Source of the DNA: Nemertoderma westbladi
Lineage: Eukaryota; Animalia; Xenacoelomorpha
Direction of reading: 5' to 3'
Assembly (NCBI GenBank): GCA_032718475.1
Contig: JAUCBJ010002656.1
Coordinates: forward strand, 8,365-72,364
Length of the DNA stretch: 64,000 nt
The notes under the pieces are model-generated. The model saw only the letters and a program-made list of their open reading frames with translations, ran no database searches and was not told the DNA's origin. Positions 22,819-36,400 of this stretch are shown here, in pieces. Both the position numbers and the translations under genes were made by a program. Within the stretch, counting starts at the first letter, position 1, and the number at the start of each line of letters is the position of its first letter.

Positions 22819-25800
22819 ACACGTTCGTGGGGCCTTCGCGCAGCACGAGGCCCAGTTATTAGATACAAATTAAAATTGAGCGACTGTATCACAAAATCAG
22901 GTTTTGAGAAATTTACCCACACCACCAATCAAACAAAGAAAGGGGGACAGTACGTGTTCACCCCTTTTAATCCCCCCCCCCCCTCCCCAACCTTCCCAAC
23001 CACCAATACATAACCGGGACATCTACCACCCACGGAAGGGTAGCACGAACTTATTTCCAATCGCACGTTAAATATGCAAAGCCAGGTGGTTTATAGGAAT
23101 ATAATAAACGCAGTACTCGTTTTCATTATAAGCCTCTTTGCGTTCGTCCTGTTTTGTATTTAAATATATTTCTTAAACGCAGGCTGACGATATTTATAAT
23201 AATAATAACTAGGGATGCGATCAATATGTGAAGCCAGGTGGTTTATATAATTATTTAGTCAACGCAGTACTCGTCTTCATTATATGCCTCGTTGCGCTTG
23301 TCGCTTGTCCTGTTTTGTCATAAAATATTTTTCCTAAACGCAGACTGACGATCTTTATACAGTTATAACTATGCGAAGTTTCGAAACTGTGCGATACATC
23401 TATGTGGAGATGTGTGATATGAGGAGATGTGTGATACAACGTCAACGCATCTTATGCCGATGTAGTAATATGGGTATTGAAATAATATTAAATCAATGTA
23501 CACTCTTAAAGCTGCAGCGAAAAAATGTAGCTAATTTCCTAGGTTACATATAAAATAATAATATTATTTTTAAGAACATTAATTTTACTACTTTGCAAAA
23601 ATTCAATTAAAAAATAACCAGACATATACATTGTGGAATAAACTATTTCAGAAGCCTACAACAGCCATGCCATGGATGGTATTTATGTTATTATATCTGT
23701 CATTTACCTGAGATAGCAATACAACACTTATAGTAGTAGAGTCAATACAGGAAGGATGTTGGGATGTTGGAATGCTGTCTGGGCTGGAATAGCAATACTG
23801 GTTGCCTATTACAACTCCTCTCTGGTTAGTCTACAGCCACAACTCCAAGCCAGCTAGCTCCACACCAGCAGAGACTTGACCAATAATCATTCCCAGCAAC
23901 TAGCTGCCTTACACACACATCCTTCCATCGTACCAGCATGTTAGCCAATAAATGAGCAGTATTTAATGAGAATCAATTTTTTATGCCGTTTTAATTACTT
24001 TAGATCAATTAAAGACACAATTATTAAAGCAAATCACTTGAACTAATTAAAATCTATAATAGAATGGCGTATGTGGATTACATCTGTATAATTTTTAAGT
24101 ATAATTATGTAAATCTTATACTGTAAAACAATTAATTTCCTTTAAAAGGCAGGTTGAAAATTGTGTTTTTACCGTAATCAACTTAATTAACTAATTAACT
24201 GCTATTATCTTAGCTTCTCGAAGGCCACACGGAAATTCTACTTGGAAAATTTCTAAACTTTTGCCAAACAACATGTGTACCAAGTTTGGCTAGATTTCAT
24301 CAAAGATTGGCCGAGTTATTAACGTTTAAAATTGAACACGACAGAACGACACGTTCGTGGGGCCTTCGCGCAGCACGAGGCCCAGTTATGAGATACAAAT
24401 TAAAATTGAGCGACTGTATCACAAAATCAGGTTTTGAGAAATTTACCCACACCACCAATCAATCAAAGAAAGGGGGACAGTACGTGTTCACCCCTTTTAA
24501 TCCCCCCCCCCCCCCACCCTTCCCAACCACCAATACATAACCGCGACATCTACCACCCACGGAAGGGTAGCACGAACTTATTTCCAATCGCACGTTCAAT
24601 ATGCAAAGCCAGGTGGTTTATAGGAATATAATAAACGCAGTACTCGTATTCATTATAAGCCTCGTTGCGTTCGTCCTGTTTTGTATTTAAATATATTTCT
24701 TAAACGCAGGCTAGGACGTTCTTTATAATAATAATAACTAGGGATGCGATCAATATGTGAAGCCAGGTGGTTTATATAATAATTTAGTCAACGCAGTACT
24801 CGTCTTCATTATATGCCTCGTTGCGCTCGTCGCTTGTCCTGTTTTGTCATAAAATATTTTTCCTAAACGCAGACTGACGATCTTTATACAGTTATAACTA
24901 TGCGAAGTTTCGAAACTGTTCGAGTAACTGTTGATACATCTATGTGGAGATGTGTGATATGTGGAGATGTGTGATACAACGCCAACGCATCTTATGCCGA
25001 TGTAGTAATATGGGTATTGAAATAATATTAAATCAATGTACACTCTTAAAGCTGCAGCGAAAAAATGTAGCTAATTTCCTAGGTTACATATAAAATAATA
25101 ATATTATTTTTAAGAACATTAATTTTACTACTTTGCAAAAATTCAATTAAAAAATAACCAGACATATACATTGTGGAATAAACTATTTCAGAAGCCTACA
25201 ACAGCCATGCCATGGATGGTATTTATGTTATTATATCCTGTCATTTACCTGAGATAGCAATACAACACTTATAGTAGAGTCAATACAGGAAGGATGTTGG
25301 GATGTTGGATTTAAAGAATGCTGTCTGGGCTGGAATAGCAATACTGGTTGCCTATTACAATTCCTCTCTGGTTAGTCTACAGCCACAACTCCAAGCCAGC
25401 TAGCTCCACACCAGCAGAGACTTGACCAATAATCATTCCCAGCAACTAGCTGCCTTACACACACATCCTTCCATCGTACCAGCATGTTGGCCAATAAATG
25501 AGCAGTATTTAATGAGAATCAATTTTTTATGACGTTTTAATTACTTTAGATCAATTAAAGACACAATTATTAAAGCAAATCACTTGAACTAATTAAAAAC
25601 TATAATAGAATGGCGTATGTGGATTACATCTGTATAATTTTTAAATATAATTATTTAAATCTTATACTGTAAAACAATTAATTTCCTTTAAAAGGCAGGT
25701 TGAAAATGGTGTTTTTACCGTAATCAACTTAATTAACTAATTAACTGCTATTATCTTAGCTTCTCGAAGACCACACGGAAATTCTACTTGGAAAATTTCT

Positions 25801-27759
25801 AAACTTTTGCCAAACAGCATGTGTACCAAGTTTGGATAGATTTTATCAAAGATTGGCCGAGTTATTAACGTTTAAAATTGAACACGACAGAACGACAGAA
25901 CGACAGAACGACAGGTTGATTAATGGTACCACTACGCTAAGGCTCACTCACTTCGTGGCTCGCCCCACAATAAATAATAATATAATATAATAATATTCAA
26001 CCTTTGAATTCCATGGGTCACACTTATGAGAGATCACCACCATAGCTCACATACTGTGTCAGCCATGGTTTCAAATGATTTCTCTTTATATTAACTTACA
26101 CGTTCGTGGGGCCTTCGCGCAGCACGAGGCCCAGTTATGAGATACAAATTAAAATTGAGCGACTGTATCACAAAATCAGGTTTTGAAAAATTTACCCACA
26201 CCACCAATCAATCAAAGAAAGGGGGACAGTACGTGTTCACCCCTTTTAATCCCCCCCCCCCCCCACCCTTCCCAACCACCAATACATAACCGCGACATCT
26301 ACCACCCACGGAAGGATAGCACGAACTTATTTTCAATCGCACGTTCAATATGCAAAGCCAGGTGGTTTATAGGAATATAATAAACGCAGTACTCGTTTTC
26401 ATTATAAGCCTCGTTGCGTTCGTCCTGTTTTGTATTTAAATATATTTCTTAAACGCAGGCTAGGACGTTCTTTATAATAATAATAACTAGGGATGCGATC
26501 AATATGTGAAGCCAGGTGGTTTATATAATAATTTAGTCAACGCAGTCTCGTCTTCATTATATGCCACGTTGCGCTCGTCGCTTGTCCTGTTTTGTTATAA
26601 AATATTTTTCCTAAACGCAGACTGACGATCTTTATACAGTTATAACTATGCGAAGTTTCGAAACTGTGCGAGTAACTGTTGATACATTATGTATGTGGAG
26701 ATGTGTGATATGTGGAGATGTGTGATACAACGCCAACGCATCGTATGCTGATGTAGTAATATGGGTATTGAAATAATATTAAATTAATGTACACTCTTCT
26801 TAAAGCTGCAGCGAAAAAATGTAGCTAATTTCCTAGGTTACAATATAAAATAATAATAATATTTTTAAGAACATTAATTTTACTACTTTGCAAAAATTCA
26901 ATTAAAAAATAACCAGACATATACATTGTGGAATAAACTATTTCAGAAGCCTTCCCATGCCTTCCCTGCCATGGATAGTATTTATGTTATTATATCTGTC
27001 ATTTACCTGAGATAGCAATACAAAACTTATAGTAGAGTCAATACAGGAAGGATGTTGGGATGTTGAATTTAAAGAATGAATGCTGTCTGGGCTGGAATAG
27101 CAATACTGGTTGCCTATTACTATTCCTCTCTGGTTAGTCTACAGCCACAACTCCCAGCTAGCTCCACACCAGCAGAGACTTGACCAATAATCATTCCCAG
27201 CAACTAGCTGCTTTACACACACATCCTTCCATCGTACCAGCATGTTGGCCAATAAATGAGCAGTATTTAATGAGAATCAATTTTTTTTGCCGTTTTAATT
27301 ACTTTAGATCAATTAAAGACACAATTATTAAAGCAAATCACTTGAACTAATTAAAAACTATAATAGAATGGGGTATGTGGATTACATCTGTATAATTTTT
27401 AATTATAATTATTTAAATCTTATACTGTAAAACAATTAATTTCCTTTAAAAGGCAGGTTGAAAATGGTGTTTTTACCGTAATAACTTAATTAACGAATTA
27501 ACTGCTATTATCTTAGCTTCTCGAAGGCCACACGGAAATTCTACTTGGAAAATTTCTAAACTTTTGCCAAACAACATGTGTACCAAGTTTGGATAGATTT
27601 CATCAAAGATTGGCCGAGTTATTAACGTTTAAAATTGAACGCGACAGAACGACAGAACGACAGAACGACAGAACGACAGAACGACAGAACGACAGAACGA
27701 CAGGTTGATTAATGGTACCACTACGCTAAGGCTCACTCACTTCGTGGCTCGCCCCACAA
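22819..27759. mobile_element. Head-to-tail trimer of a ~1.6-kb non-autonomous Helentron/HINE (DINE-1-like) element in an intron
   Basis: Units start ACACGTTCGTGGGGCC at 22819, 24349 and 26098. Terminal hairpin GGGCCTTCG..CGAGGCCC, subterminal inverted GTGGGGC/GCCCCAC, (ACAGAACG)n microsatellite. Ends at 25970 and 27759; no TSD, no ORF. Confidence 0.65.
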
Positions 27760-28035
27760 GGTGGATCGGTACAACAATGTTCACTCTCTGAAGAATCAGA
27801 TGGAGCAATTGGAGAATATTTATACTTTACTTATAGGCCTACTGCTGTATTGGGTTACCGATCATTATTAACACTACTGTAGTACTGTAGTAGCAGCATG
27901 CTGGCAAGACAATATATAATAAATAAATATATCACCTAATTATCTAATTGAGAAATTATGTAATTAAGCATAATTTTACAAATATTATAAACAGTTTTAC
28001 TATAATGTAGTAATATAACTTTATTATTTATGCAG

Positions 28036-28068
28036 GAATTCCGATAACACCAGTTCCAACTCCCTCAG
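28036..28068 (+). CDS. 33-bp micro-exon (phase 1-1) encoding a Pro/Thr linker, GIPITPVPTPS
   Basis: tttatgcag|...|gtatga; frame-compatible with the FN2 exon. Confidence 0.6.
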
Positions 28069-28309
28069 GTATGAATATTCTTACTAGTTTACTCTATCTT
28101 ACTCTACCTAGTATCTTACTTTATTATTGGTGTTATGGGTGATTGAGTGGTTTTATAAATATTGTATTGTAGTTCTGCTACACCTCACACTCTGGGGGCG
28201 CTATACTGTATTTCCGTAGGGCTAGGCAAAAGGTCAGGTTCTGTGGTCGGTACTTTTCGAGTCTATATCGGTTACGGTAATTCTGAATTGATCTTAGTGA
28301 AAAGCACGT

Positions 28310-29889
28310 GATATAATGGTGATATTGAAAAATATCAAGATATGACAAATATCGAGTGTAAAAATAACGCGAGTAAAAATATCAAGTGTTGAAAAATGAC
28401 GATAATAATATCGAGAGTTCAAAAAATATCGAGAATAAAAATATCGAGAGTAAAAATATCGAGTGTTGAAAAATATCGAGAGTAAAAATATCAAGTGTTG
28501 AAAAATATCGAGTATTGAAAAATATCGAGAGTACAAATATCAAGTGTTGAAAAATATCGAGAGTAAAAATATCGAGTGTTGAAAAATATCGAGAGTAAAA
28601 ATATCGAGTGTTGAAAAATATCGAGTATTGAAAAATATCGAGAGTAAAAATATCGAGTGTTGAAAAATATCGAGAGTTGAAAAATATCGATAGTAAAAAT
28701 ATCGAGTGTTGAAAAATATCGAGAGTAAAAATATCGAGTGTTGAAAAATATCGAGTGTTGAAAAATATCGAGAGTAAAAATATCGAGTGTTGAAAAATAT
28801 CGAGTATTGAAAAATATCGAGAGTAAAAATATCGAGTGTTGAAAAATATCGAGAGTTGAAAAATATCGATAGTAAAAATATCGAGAGTAAAAATATCGAG
28901 TGTTGAAAAATATCGAGAGTTGAAAAATATCGATAGTAAAAATATCGAGTGTTGAAAAATATCGATAGTAAAAATATCGAGTGTTGAAAAATATCGATAG
29001 TAAAAATATCGAGTGTTGAAAAATATCGAGAGTAAAAATATCGAGTGTTGAAAAATATCGAGTATTGAAAAATATCGAGAGTAAAAATATCGAGTGTTGA
29101 AAAATATCGAGAGTTGAAAAATATCGATAGTAAAAATATCGGGTGTTGAAAAATATCGAGTGTTGAAAAATATCAAGTGTTGAAAAATATCGAGTGTTGA
29201 AAAATATCGATAGTAAAAATATCGAGTGTTGAAAAATATCGATAGTAAAAATATCGAGTGTTGAAAAATATCGATAGTAAAAATATCGAGTGTTGAAAAA
29301 TATCGAGTATTGAAAAATATCGAGAGTAAAAATATCGAGTGTTGAAAAATATCGAGAGTTGAAAAATATCGATAGTAAAAATATCGGGTGTTGAAAAATA
29401 TCGAGTGTTGAAAAATATCAAGTGTTGAAAAATATCGAGTGTTGAAAAATATCGATAGTAAAAATATCGAGTGTTGAAAAATATCGATAGTAAAAATATC
29501 GAGTGTTGAAAAATATCGAGTGTTGAAAAATATCGAGTGTTGAAAAATATCGAGAGTAAAAATATCGAGTGTTGAAAAATATCGAGAGTAAAAATATCGA
29601 ATGTTGAAAAATATCGAGTATTGAAAAATATTTAGAGTAAAATATCAAGTGTTGAAAAATATCAATAGTAAAAATATCGAGAGTAAAAATATCGAGTGTT
29701 GAAAAATATCGAGAGTAAAATATCGAGTGTTGAAAAATATCGAGAGTAAAAATATCGAGTGTTGAAAAATATCGAGAGTAAAAATATCGAGTGTTGAAAA
29801 ATATCGAGAGTAAAAATATCGAGTGTTGAAAAATATCGAAATTAAAAATATCGAGTGTTGAAAAATATCGAGAGTAAAAATATCGATAG
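28310..29889 (+). repeat. Satellite of mixed 15/17-bp units (ATCGAGAGTAAAAAT / ATCGAGTGTTGAAAAAT)
   Basis: Directly visible, roughly 95-100 units. Confidence 0.95.
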
Positions 29890-29919
29890 CAACAATTTTT
29901 TTAATAAGGGTTGTATGAT

Positions 29920-30175
29920 AATTTTTTTCCTAGAGATGTTCTAGTACAAAAAAATGTGTTCTAGAACAAAAATATTTATCAACATTGGTAGCTTACACGT
30001 GTTCTATAACATTTATAAAATGAAGTAGAAAATGCTAGCTGTTTTAAAAAATTAAAAATGTGATCTAGAACTAAAAAATGTGTTCTAGAACAAAAATATT
30101 TATCCAAATTGATAGCTAGCACTTCTTCTACAATATTTATTAAAAAATAGCAAAAACTAGCTAGTATAATAAATC
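29920..30175. repeat. AT-rich dispersed repeat with ~120-bp subunits, also at about 58215-58600
   Basis: TTCTAGAACAAAAATATTTATC...GATAGCTA and AAAACTAGCTAGTATAA shared between the two sites. Confidence 0.7.
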
Positions 30176-30288
30176 TGTAAATTGGGTACCCAAGGTGTAT
30201 TAATGCCATTTATTTGCGCGTGCACTGTTGTATCCCATGCACTGCAATATTGTCCCATAATTCTAAATAAAATGCACGCAAAATGCAA

Positions 30289-30475
30289 TATTTTTTGCTC
30301 TCGATATTTTTCAACACTCGATATTTTTCAACACTCGATATTTTTCAACACTCGATATTTTAACTCTCGATATTTTTCAACACTCGATATTTTTACTCTC
30401 GATATTTTTACTCTCGTTATTTTTACTCTAGATATTTTTCAACACTCGATATTTTTCAACACTCGATATTTTTAC
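30289..30475 (-). repeat. Inverted block of the same 15/17-bp satellite
   Basis: CTCGATATTTTTCAACA and CTCGATATTTTTACT units. Confidence 0.9.
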
Positions 30476-30489
30476 CAGGTGGCACGATA

Positions 30490-32197
30490 ATAGATTTACG
30501 TTCTTGTAATCAAAGCCATCTAATGTTCTGGCTAAAGTCTGAAACTTCTACAGAAGCACAGAAGAATTCTAAGCCGATGTTCTGCTGCTTAGAAAATAGT
30601 AAAACATAAACCGTAATGCATTGCGCGGTTTTACATAGGCCCTTGTCAGAAATAAAATGAAAATCGCTCTGATTGGCTGAGCTAGGCAGAACAAAGAAAG
30701 GTTCCATGTGTACAGAAAATCAGCTGACAGATGTCGTCATCTGAGCTCCAGTCTTTTAGAGTATTATGCGCATTGCGGCAAAAATGACTTGTTATGTCCG
30801 CCAAAGCACCTACACGGTACATTACAGGGAAAAATGACTTGTTATGTCCGCAAAAGCATTTACACCGCTCCCAGAAAATGGGATTTAAGTCTATAAAATA
30901 TATAAAATCACAGTTTCTAAAATATAAAAATACTCTAAACAGTTAGTCCTTCTTATGTGAACGGCATTTACGAAGTTTTTTGAGGCTAGCAAGAGTCCTT
31001 TTCTCTTTGGGGCGAGCCACATTACTAGGAGGGCTATAACTCCTGGGTGAAGGGTGCAATACAATTGCATTGGAAGGTTTAGGGTTACGGTCGGTGTATC
31101 CGCCGGTTGAGGTACCTGGTTTATCGATATCAACCTCAGTGGAGTGAGGTCGAACAACCTTCAGAGCGCGTTTCAAGACAGCAGCTCTTACTGGTCTCTG
31201 ACGAGTCGTCTGCACGAGAGCGGTAGGTGGACTGTGAGTAGTGAGAAATTTCCTCGGTTTGATGGTTCTTTCCAACTCGCGTTCTCGGGCTCTATCGGAA
31301 TCGATATGCTTCTCCTCGAGCTGATTTTCCACCGCTTGTCGTTGGAAGCATTTGTCCAAAACTCTTGCAGAGAGTAGGGTCGTCCGAGTTTGATATCTTC
31401 TTCGAGATTCCGGATTTCCCGATCGAACTGAGGTAAAGCTAATTATTTTACCGCTTGGACTTGCTGCTGCAATTTACGTTTCTCTAAACAATTGTAGGTT
31501 CCTTTTCCGATCTTTTGTCGAATAGTGTCTAACGCGTTTCGTTCAACTCTCTCCTCCACCTCGGTGACAGGTTGTATCGGGGTTAAACCGGGACGATTAT
31601 ACGGGTTGAACGGCGATATTAAATGTCCGCGTCCCAATCCGGCTAGGTAGGATGGGCGAATATCTAGAGAGCCCACTACTGGAGTGCCACGGACTAATTG
31701 TTCAGGTAACACTAGATCTTTGAACAGTGAGTACAGTTCAGGAGGATCCGTCATACTATTAGGATCAAGAGTCTGAGGTCTCACCAGGGAATGAGGAGGT
31801 CTGACCGAGTATTCCGGAACTCTGATCATAGGTTTATTTAAGGATCGTTTGAGCTGAGCGAGCATAGGTGATACGTCGAACAAGTTTCGCTCGAAACTCC
31901 CGTAAGTATAGCGAGTAAAACTGTGTTTAGCGCAACGTCTCCGCGGATGTTTATGTCTTTCCGTGTGTTGGTTGAGTCTAGGGCATTCATCGTAATAATA
32001 CCAAAGACGCACGTCTTGTAGGGGAAACGCGGGTGATCTTTCTCCAGTTTTACAATGCTTCTCTCAAGAATTCCAAATATACGTTGAAGTCACTGCGTTT
32101 ATCCGGTTCTTTAACGTCTTCTCTTTTGAGTCTATTTCGAATAGAATTTTTCGTGTTTGATTTCCGTTTTTGTTCCGACTCTGCTGGGTATGATATT
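30490..32197 (-). mobile_element. Older, internally deleted BEL/Pao relative: partial 3' LTR (to 30864), PPT and remnants of the extra ORF
   Basis: TTTACA|CCGCTCCCAGAAAATGGGATTTAAGTCTATAAAATA identical to 33348 onward. ORFs 31443-32012 and 30943-31359 match the N- and C-terminal parts of the large ORF with the middle missing. Confidence 0.85.
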
Positions 32198-33353
32198 TGT
32201 TCGCGCTTTCAGACCTTTAGCAGTTTAACCTGCCAAATTGGGATGTCTTCTAGATAATAGATCGTCTTTAGCCTATGACAAGTATTTGATACACTACATT
32301 AGCCGAAGCCAGTCTATGCGCGATCATTCACCCGCTGGATATACCCCGGGAGACTGGATTCGGAAGCTTAACCGTATTGCGGGGTAGGCCTACTGTATTA
32401 TTCGACTGATCGTAATATATATAATCTCTGACAAATATTATTCACTTTCGGGAAATATTAACAGTTCCTTTAGGACGTGGCGCTTTAAATATATAAACAG
32501 AGTTATGACTTAAACTAGACACAACGGGATGGCTATAGATTCACGTATATGGCGCATTCTTTAGGAGATGCTTTGTTATCAATCACAATCATACACAATA
32601 CTGCACAATGCTGCACACTAATCTGCCGACCTTCACTAATTTTAGTCACATATAAGGAGAACAACAGACAATACGTGTAGGGCCTATAAAATAGCATTAG
32701 ATTCACTTCAAACCACTTAATGTAAGTCGCAATCGTTATATGTATCCGATCTCTCTAACCTTTAGTATATCAAGAAGATTGGGGTGTCTGATTATTTATC
32801 AGTATTCCAAATATAATATTCCATCAACAAATATAATGAATAACCGACAGTAAAAGCAGTAAAATGTTAAGGTATAAATTGATATGATCGTTTTGGTTAG
32901 TATGAGTTATGATAACAGATATATGTTCTATAATTAAGCCTACTAATGTTGGGCTAAAGACTGAAACACGGAGGTTCCAAAGAGTTGTAGGCTGTGGACA
33001 AAATCACATACTGACTCAACTCCACGAGTTTCTATATACAATCTCTAACACAGAGGCAAAAAACGCTCTGATTGGTCGACCAAACAAAGAAGGAACAGAG
33101 AACAAAGAAAAGCTACACGTGTACAGCATCAGCTGTTAGCCGTCGTCATGGTAGCTACACTGTTTACAGAGGATTTGGCGCATTGCGTCATAAAATTGCG
33201 AATTATGTCCGCTAAAGTACACATACAGAAGAAATGGCTTTTATGTCCTCTAAAACACCAGTACAGTAAGGACACGGCCTTTTATGCCTGTTAAACCAAC
33301 TACAGAGTACTTCACGGGGAAAATAACCGGCTAATTCCGCAAAAGCCTTTACA
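32198..33353 (-). mobile_element. 3' LTR (~1156 bp) of a BEL/Pao retrotransposon
   Basis: Minus strand reads PPT-like GGGAGCGG, then TGTAAAGG ... GCGCGAACA; homologous to 349-1523 and 30490-30864. Confidence 0.85.
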
Positions 33354-33431
33354 CCGCTCCCAGAAAATGGGATTTAAGTCTATAAAATATAACAAATCAC
33401 AGTTTCTAAAATATAAAAATACTCTAAACAG

Positions 33432-36400
33432 TTAGTCTTTCTTACGCGGACGGCGTTTACGCAGTTTTTTGAGGCTAGCAAGAGTCCTTTTCTCTTTGGG
33501 GCGAGCCACTTTACTAGGAGGGCTGTAACTCCTGGGTGAAGGGTGCAATACAATTGCATCAGAAGGTTTAGGATTACGATCGGTGTATCCGCCGGTCGAG
33601 GTACCTGGTTGATCGATATCAACTTCAGTGGAGCGAGGTCTAACGGCCTTTAGGGCGCATCTTAGGACAGCAGCTCCTACGGGTCCTTGATGGGTCGTCT
33701 GGACAATGGCGGTAGGCGGACCGTGAGTGGTGAGAAACTTCCTTTGTTTAATGGTTCTTTCCAGCTCGCGTTCTCGGGCTCGATATTCGTAGGGCCGTCG
33801 AGATACTTCCTGTAACTCAGGGTGCGAGTTGATAAATAAATCGCCATACTCAGGGTCTTGACGGATGTAATTGATCAAATGGTATGAAGTAATATCGTTA
33901 GGATTGACGTTCCTAAGATATTTTCGAACAAATTTGGTGGAAATACACTCACCAACACGCTTCATTAGTTCGTAACTCGGTGTGCGTGTTTTTTGTTCCA
34001 CAGACGCGAATAAATAAGGATGGAACGCGTAAACTCCCTCGTAAGAGCGTCCAGGGTAGTAGCAATGGCGGGACTCATAATGTAAATCCGCGTTCGCTTC
34101 CCAAGCTCGGATGTAGCGCAGGGTAATCATCTCATCTACGCTTTCTAAATCGCGGTTAAAGGGGCAATTATAACTGGCATGTCCTTTAAGTTGACAGTGG
34201 TGGCATTGGGTCATAAATTGGGGGCAGACTGCAAAAATATGCGAGTTATTAAGTCTGCTATACGCACAATAGATCTCTATCATCGGTTGTTCGTGGAAAT
34301 AGGAGCAGGGTACGTCTGAGTCCATAGGGGTGAAATGGTCTCTCGATGCGCATAATCGACAACGTTTTCGAGAAACATAGTTGGCGTGTCGATAATCGTA
34401 TGCGGTGAGACATTGTGGACCTTGATACCACTCCAAGACGTAATCGTTATCGCTGCTCCGGGGCGCTGTAGGCTGGATCGCTTCAGACTCTAAGCATATT
34501 GGTTCGTCTTCCAATTGCATAGCTGAGGTAGGTGCGGCTGTCTCCGCAAGCGGACCCACTGTCTGAACTTCCACGACAGAATAACCCGTGGCTATTCGGG
34601 CTCTTTGTATAACAGATGAATGTAAGTTCTGTATACAAACGTCCTGAAAGAAGGCAAATCCCGCGCTGTTTAGCTTCTCCGCAGCTGAGTCTCTTAGGCT
34701 GAGTTTGGTCAGAGCGCGGTCCTTGAACTGACTATCAACGTTACGGAACGGAGTCAGAAAGCGCCTGAAACATTCGAAGCGGATGAATTTATTGTGTTCA
34801 TCTAACTTGGCGAGTTTGGTTCCAAGTATTAAGGGATGGGCGCGTATGGTACGACTGCACACATCGGCGAGCCAACCGGCAAGTGCTGCGTTTTCAAAGA
34901 TCGTGTATATAGCTAAGGAGGGACGAAGTGGAACACTCATAAAGCTATACACGGCGCCAGGTGCGGTCAATGGTCCATCAAAGTATAAACGAGAATAATG
35001 ATCTCCATATACTTGTTGGTAATTTATAGGATTTCCAACCTTGAAATTCCATCCGTATTCTTGAAAGGCAAGATGTCCGATGGAGGTTCGTTGTACTTTA
35101 GTAATGCCGATGGGTGTATTTGCATACATAGTGCGGAAGAAACCTCGGCCTTCTGCCCAGGGAGCAATCAGCTGAGTATCAACGAAGGGGTATGGAATGT
35201 TCTCCATATTCCGGAAGTCGTTTTGTAGGTCTCCATAAACAGCTGAGCCGATTTTAAGGATTCTTTCGTTAAACAACATCTCGAGCACGGGCTGGGGTAA
35301 CATTGATCCATCGATACCCATGGCCGGTTTGCGCTCGGTGTCGGCGACATAACGCTGCGCGAGTTCGAATTGTCCATGTCGGAGTTTCTTTTGTGTCTCA
35401 GTAAGAGTCTCAAAAGAATAATCAATCACATCGGAACACGCTCGAGTAAATACGTGGGTAGAACCAGCGAGTCCTCGTATGTGTATCATCCGCGTAGTTC
35501 CCAGTTCTCCAACTGGAACGCTACCTTCGTTGTCGTAAGTGACAACTCCATACATCTCGATAACGTTAAGAGTCTCGTTCCACTCTTTAGTGGCATTTTC
35601 GAGGGTCATTCCCACTGGATGCCACAAGGTAGCGCATTCGCTAGCATTAGGTAGGTCTCTATACTTTAAATATTGCGTAGTATATGTTTCCACATCTCCA
35701 TATCGTTGTATTCTTTCCTCCTCGAATAACACGTCAAGATTCCAGTGTACTAAACGAGTTTTGATGAATCCATCAAGATTATACGGAGGTATTGTTTCTT
35801 TCTCTATTCTGGAAACATTGTATGGTTTTCGAAATGAGTTTATTTTAACTAACTGATCCAGATGTTTATGCAGTTGTTCGAGTTCGACAAGATCGAGAGG
35901 ATTTATGAGTGGCAGAAACCTCAGACTATGTGTAGGATCTTCCGGTTTTACCATGTAATATTGTGTTAGGTTGACGTAATAAGGGTGATCTTTGATCCCA
36001 TAAAACGAGTCTGGTAAAGGTCTAGCGCGTATGTTAATATCGTGTACCATGCGACGGACAAGATCCGCTCTATTGTCCGGAGGTTCAACGAGTATACCAT
36101 CGACACGAGCGGCTTCGATGGGCGGATGTTGCAACATGGGAGCGTCAGCGATAAGATCTCGAGATCTTAGGTTGATATCAACCGGTTGGGGTTGTACCGT
36201 CGCGAAGAGTTTGTCTCCGAAATGGGGAACCATCGAGGGATGAAGGATGGTTTTAGAGTAGAGATCCGTCATAAGGATTTGAGCTTCGGGTTGAGCTAAA
36301 GCTGCTTCTTCTCTCTCATCCATTTCTATATGTCTCTCCTCGAGCTGATTTTCCTCCGCTTGTTGTTGTAGACGCTCATCTAGGAACTCTTGTAAAGAGT

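Noticed and set aside
28294-29648. ORFs of 76-264 aa rich in F/I/S/T
   Set aside because: Translations of the 15/17-bp satellite
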